Assembly: GCA_044344255.1 (NCBI GenBank)
Contig: JBIJDH010000002.1
Span: 320,001 to 384,000 of the forward strand
Length of the DNA: 64,000 nt
Reading direction: 5' to 3'
From: Myxococcota bacterium
GTDB taxonomy: Bacteria > Myxococcota_A > UBA796 > UBA2385
The notes under the pieces were generated by a model, which was given only the letters and a program-made list of their open reading frames with translations, made no database searches and was not told the origin of the DNA. Positions 60,880 through 64,000 of the stretch are shown piece after piece. The stretch's first letter is position 1; each line of letters opens with the position of its first letter. The position numbers were made by a program, and so were the translations under genes.

Positions 60880-61947
60880 TCAGCGCCTCCGAGGACTTGG
60901 GGGCGCCGGGTCTGTCGCGTCGGCGGCGCCGTCCTCACAGACCTCGTTCAACTGAAAGGGGTCCACGCGGGCGGGCGCGGGCCCCAGAGCGTACGGATAG
61001 GGTTCGTCGAGGACGATCGGCAGCTCATGCCCCTCTCCGGGGGCGGCCTTCCAGGCCCGGCAGATGCGGTCGCTGCGGTTGAGCAGGGTGCTGCGCACCG
61101 CCTCCTGGAGGGCAGGGTTGTAGACCGGCGGGTTCTGGACCTCGTCGAAGGTCCAGTCGATCCAGTCCGACCAGTCAAAGTCCCGCACCTTCTCGAGGCA
61201 GCCGTCCTCCCGGCGATCGAAGAGGCTGTCGGGCTGGAGCATGTCGGCGTAGAAGCGAAAGCCATGGTAGTTGGCCGAGAGATCGGCATACGAGAAGACG
61301 CCCGTGGTGCTCTGGCCCCAGACCGCCCGCTCGGTGCGGGTGCCCCAGGCGACCGCGGTGAGGGGGTCTTGCCCGCCCTCGGACTTTCGAAAGTAGAAGT
61401 AGCCCTGCACCAGGAAGTGGTCGATCTTGTCGGCCCCGAGCAGCACCTCACCCATGTGGAAGGTGGAGCAGGGCCCGAAGATGGCGAGCAGCGGGTTCTG
61501 CCACACCGTGAGCTCGCCGTAGATGTCGGTGCGCTCCGAGAAGGTGCGGCGGGCGATGGTGGGGTCGGTCTCGAGCCAGGCGGCGTAGGCCCCGAAGCCC
61601 ATCGCCGGCAGCTCCCCGCGCGGGGGGACCCGGGTGTCCTTCCCGACGATCTCGTAGACCTCGTGGGCGAGAGAGCGCCGCTGCTCCTCGTCGTCGCCGA
61701 CGCAGCGGGTCTTGCGGTTGGACTCCGCCACCGCCAGCGAGAGCATCTCGTTCATCTTTTCGTTGGCCGGCCCGAGGACATCGACGAGCGGGACGTCGCG
61801 ATCGGTGAGCTGATCGGTCTCGTAGGCGGCCGCGGGGGCGGCGATCAACCCGAGCAGGCTCCCGCCGCCGATCCGCAGCCAGGCGGCGCCGGAGCGGCCG
61901 ACCATGGCGAGCGGCGCGGGCAGGGAGAGGGGAGGTCTGAGGCGCAT
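60880..61947 (-). CDS. Hypothetical secreted protein
   Basis: Signal peptide ending PAAA-YETDQ; motifs GADKIDHF and TTGVFSYADL; start 61947 or 61905. Confidence 0.75.
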   Translation of the reverse strand: MRLRPPLSLPAPLAMVGRSGAAWLRIGGGSLLGLIAAPAAAYETDQLTDRDVPLVDVLGPANEKMNEMLSLAVAESNRKTRCVGDDEEQRRSLAHEVYEIVGKDTRVPPRGELPAMGFGAYAAWLETDPTIARRTFSERTDIYGELTVWQNPLLAIFGPCSTFHMGEVLLGADKIDHFLVQGYFYFRKSEGGQDPLTAVAWGTRTERAVWGQSTTGVFSYADLSANYHGFRFYADMLQPDSLFDRREDGCLEKVRDFDWSDWIDWTFDEVQNPPVYNPALQEAVRSTLLNRSDRICRAWKAAPGEGHELPIVLDEPYPYALGPAPARVDPFQLNEVCEDGAADATDPAPPSPRRR

Positions 61948-62181
61948 CGTGGCTGGGATCCGAGGTACGAAGAGCAGGGCGTCAACCCGTCCTCATATCG
62001 CCATCATCCCGACACCATCCAGGACTCTGCCTGTATCAATGCGGTGACAGGGCCGCCGGACCCGAGCACCGGCCGGGCGCACCGCCGGGCACACCGCCGG
62101 GGGCGACTTGTACGGGGCGCCGTCGCTGTTGTAGGGTCCGACCACTTCGCCACCGAGGATCTCACCGATGGGTTCAGCACC

Positions 62182-62871
62182 ATGACATCCCGCCGCCGCG
62201 CCCTGCCCCTGCTCGGTCTCGCCTGTGCGCTCACCCCGTTGTCCTGCGCCCCGCAAGGCTTCGCCTTTGTGTCGATCCACCCGACCTGGGCCTATCCGGA
62301 CGGCTGCCGGACCGTGACCCTGTCCGGCCATGGCTTCGGAGACTCCGTCACCGCCACGATCGGCGGCGCGGAGGTCGAGTCCGTGGCGGCGCCGGAGCGG
62401 GAGCTCGACCAGGGCTTCCTCGTGACGGGCGTGGTCCCCGCGAATTCGAGCGGCGTGGCGGGCCCGGTGGCGGTCACGCTGAAGACCGGCGGCGACTCCG
62501 CCACCCTCGAGGACGCGTTCTACTTCCTCGACTGCCCGAGCGCCGGCTACGTCGAGACCGTCGACCTCTCGACGGGCCTGCTCGGCGGCGAGACGATCAC
62601 CCTCGACGGCTGTGGCCTCGACGCCAGCGCGCTCCAGGTGCAGATCACCCAGGACACCGAGGCCGGATCGGCGGTCGCGGCGACCGCGCCCCTGACCAGC
62701 ACCTGCCGGACGACCACCGCCGCCTTTATCGCCCCTACCCTCCCGGCGGGCTCCTACCACCTCACCATCGCCGACATGAGCGGGAACCAGGTCTTTCCCG
62801 CCCCTTGTGACACCGCGGACACCGGCCTCTCCTGCCTGGGCGTCGAGCTGACCTACGGGGGTGCCCAGTGA
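62182..62871 (+). CDS. IPT/TIG-domain lipoprotein
   Basis: PLSC lipobox, P....DGCRTVTLSGHGF IPT pattern plus a second Ig-like domain; stop overlaps the next start (GTGA). Confidence 0.8.
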   Translation: MTSRRRALPLLGLACALTPLSCAPQGFAFVSIHPTWAYPDGCRTVTLSGHGFGDSVTATIGGAEVESVAAPERELDQGFLVTGVVPANSSGVAGPVAVTLKTGGDSATLEDAFYFLDCPSAGYVETVDLSTGLLGGETITLDGCGLDASALQVQITQDTEAGSAVAATAPLTSTCRTTTAAFIAPTLPAGSYHLTIADMSGNQVFPAPCDTADTGLSCLGVELTYGGAQ

Positions 62872-64000
62872 ACCATCGCCTCTTGATCCTCTTCCCCAGC
62901 GTCTGGATGGTCTCCGCCGTCGCCGAGGCCGGCGAGACCGGCAACCTCCGCGGAGAGGTCGTGGACGGACAGGGGCTCGCCGTCCCCAACGCCCTCGTCA
63001 CCTTGAGCGGCGCCAACCTCGCCGGTGTCCGCCAGGTCCAGGCGGACGCCAGCGGCGGCTTCAAGCTGATCGCGCTGCCGCCGGGTCAACACGACATCCG
63101 CATCGAGGCGGCCGGCTTCAAGCCTACGATCTCCAAGGTCGTCGTCCGCCTCGACGAGACGGCGACGGTGCAGATCGCGCTGCAGATGGCGGTGGGCTCC
63201 GAGGAGATCGTGGTCGAGGCCGAGCTCCCGGTCATCGACACGACGAGGAGCGCGATCTCGTCCGAGATCAGCGCCTCCCAGCTTCAGAACCTGCCGGTTG
63301 GCCGGAGCTACCAGGACGCGGTGAACACCATCCCGGGCGTCTATGGCCGCGTCAACACGCAGGAGGGCGGGCCGAGCACCGGCAACCCCTCCGTGCGCGG
63401 CGAGGGGAGCTATGGCAACAATTACCTCGTCGACGGCATCTCCACCCGGGATCCGGCCACCAAGACCTTCGGCTCTGACGTCAATTTTGACGCCATCGAG
63501 TCCATTCAGGTCTACACCGACGGCGCCCCCGCCGAGTTTGGACAGGCGACGGGAATGACCGTCAACGTCGTCACCAAGGACGGCGGAGACAAGGCCTTCG
63601 GCTCGGTCGGCTACTACGTGAATTTCGACGCGAGTCCGGGCACCTACAAGCGCCTCAACCTCGACACCGGCCTCGAGGAGGCTACGAAGAAGCGCGACTT
63701 CTTCAACCAGGAGCTCTCCCTCACCGCGGGCGGCGCGGTGGTCAAAGAGAAGCTGTGGTACTTCGTCGCCCTCGAGGGCTCGTACAACCACATCTTGTAC
63801 GAGGGTATGCCGGAGGCCTACCCCTACTCCGGGCCCTCTGTCGCCGGCTTCGCCAAGCTCACGTGGTTTGTCACCCCAGACTTCACGCTCCAGTACCAGA
63901 TCTCCCCCGAGTACTCGAGCATCGCCAACCATGACACCTCCGGGGTCTACGCCCCCGAGGCCCAGGAGCGGCGCCTCGACAAGGCGCTCGGCCACATCTT
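62868..64000 (+). CDS. Oar-like TonB-dependent receptor (truncated by window end)
   Basis: Translated by hand from GTG 62868: GNLRGEVVD...LPPG, NLPVGRSYQD, NNYLVDG, FDAIE.IQV, AEFG...G..VNVVTKDG. Absent from the ORF track because it has no stop in the window. Confidence 0.9.
   Translation, partial: MNHRLLILFPSVWMVSAVAEAGETGNLRGEVVDGQGLAVPNALVTLSGANLAGVRQVQADASGGFKLIALPPGQHDIRIEAAGFKPTISKVVVRLDETATVQIALQMAVGSEEIVVEAELPVIDTTRSAISSEISASQLQNLPVGRSYQDAVNTIPGVYGRVNTQEGGPSTGNPSVRGEGSYGNNYLVDGISTRDPATKTFGSDVNFDAIESIQVYTDGAPAEFGQATGMTVNVVTKDGGDKAFGSVGYYVNFDASPGTYKRLNLDTGLEEATKKRDFFNQELSLTAGGAVVKEKLWYFVALEGSYNHILYEGMPEAYPYSGPSVAGFAKLTWFVTPDFTLQYQISPEYSSIANHDTSGVYAPEAQERRLDKALGHI

Noticed and set aside
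62072..62101. Short imperfect repeat CCGGGC(G/A)CACCG upstream of the IPT lipoprotein
   Set aside because: Two GC-rich copies are plausible by chance.

Overview
High-GC chromosomal window, most likely from a Myxococcota/deltaproteobacterial genome. The assignment is inferred from gene order, a MYXO-CTERM-like tail, an Oar-like TonB receptor and a kinase-FGE fusion. Housekeeping content: the yceD-rpmF-acpP-fabF-rpiB-glyA-nrdR-ribD-ribE-ribBA-ribH-nusB superoperon, tRNA-Gln(CTG) and tRNA-Glu(CTC), hemB, tolQRAB-ppx, scpA-scpB-rluB, gltX, and a cysM-JAB-CysO-moeZ sulfur-carrier operon, interspersed with many lipoproteins. No transposase, integrase, CRISPR array or rRNA was seen. Most unusual items: (1) a sigma2-like domain fused to a zinc anti-sigma finger, a TM helix and a TPR domain, with no sigma4; (2) an RND permease fused in frame to its TolC through an internal signal-peptide-like linker; (3) several apparent pseudo-enzymes (radical-SAM fold without CxxxCxxC, a Cys-free peroxiredoxin fused to rhodanese, a degenerate GTP cyclohydrolase II); (4) a probable CTG start for glyA; (5) an rrn-like boxB/boxA leader before the tRNAs; (6) recurring D-[S/T]-[G/A] linkers in lipoproteins; (7) two short tandem repeats. 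All calls are from motif recognition by eye; no database searches were run.
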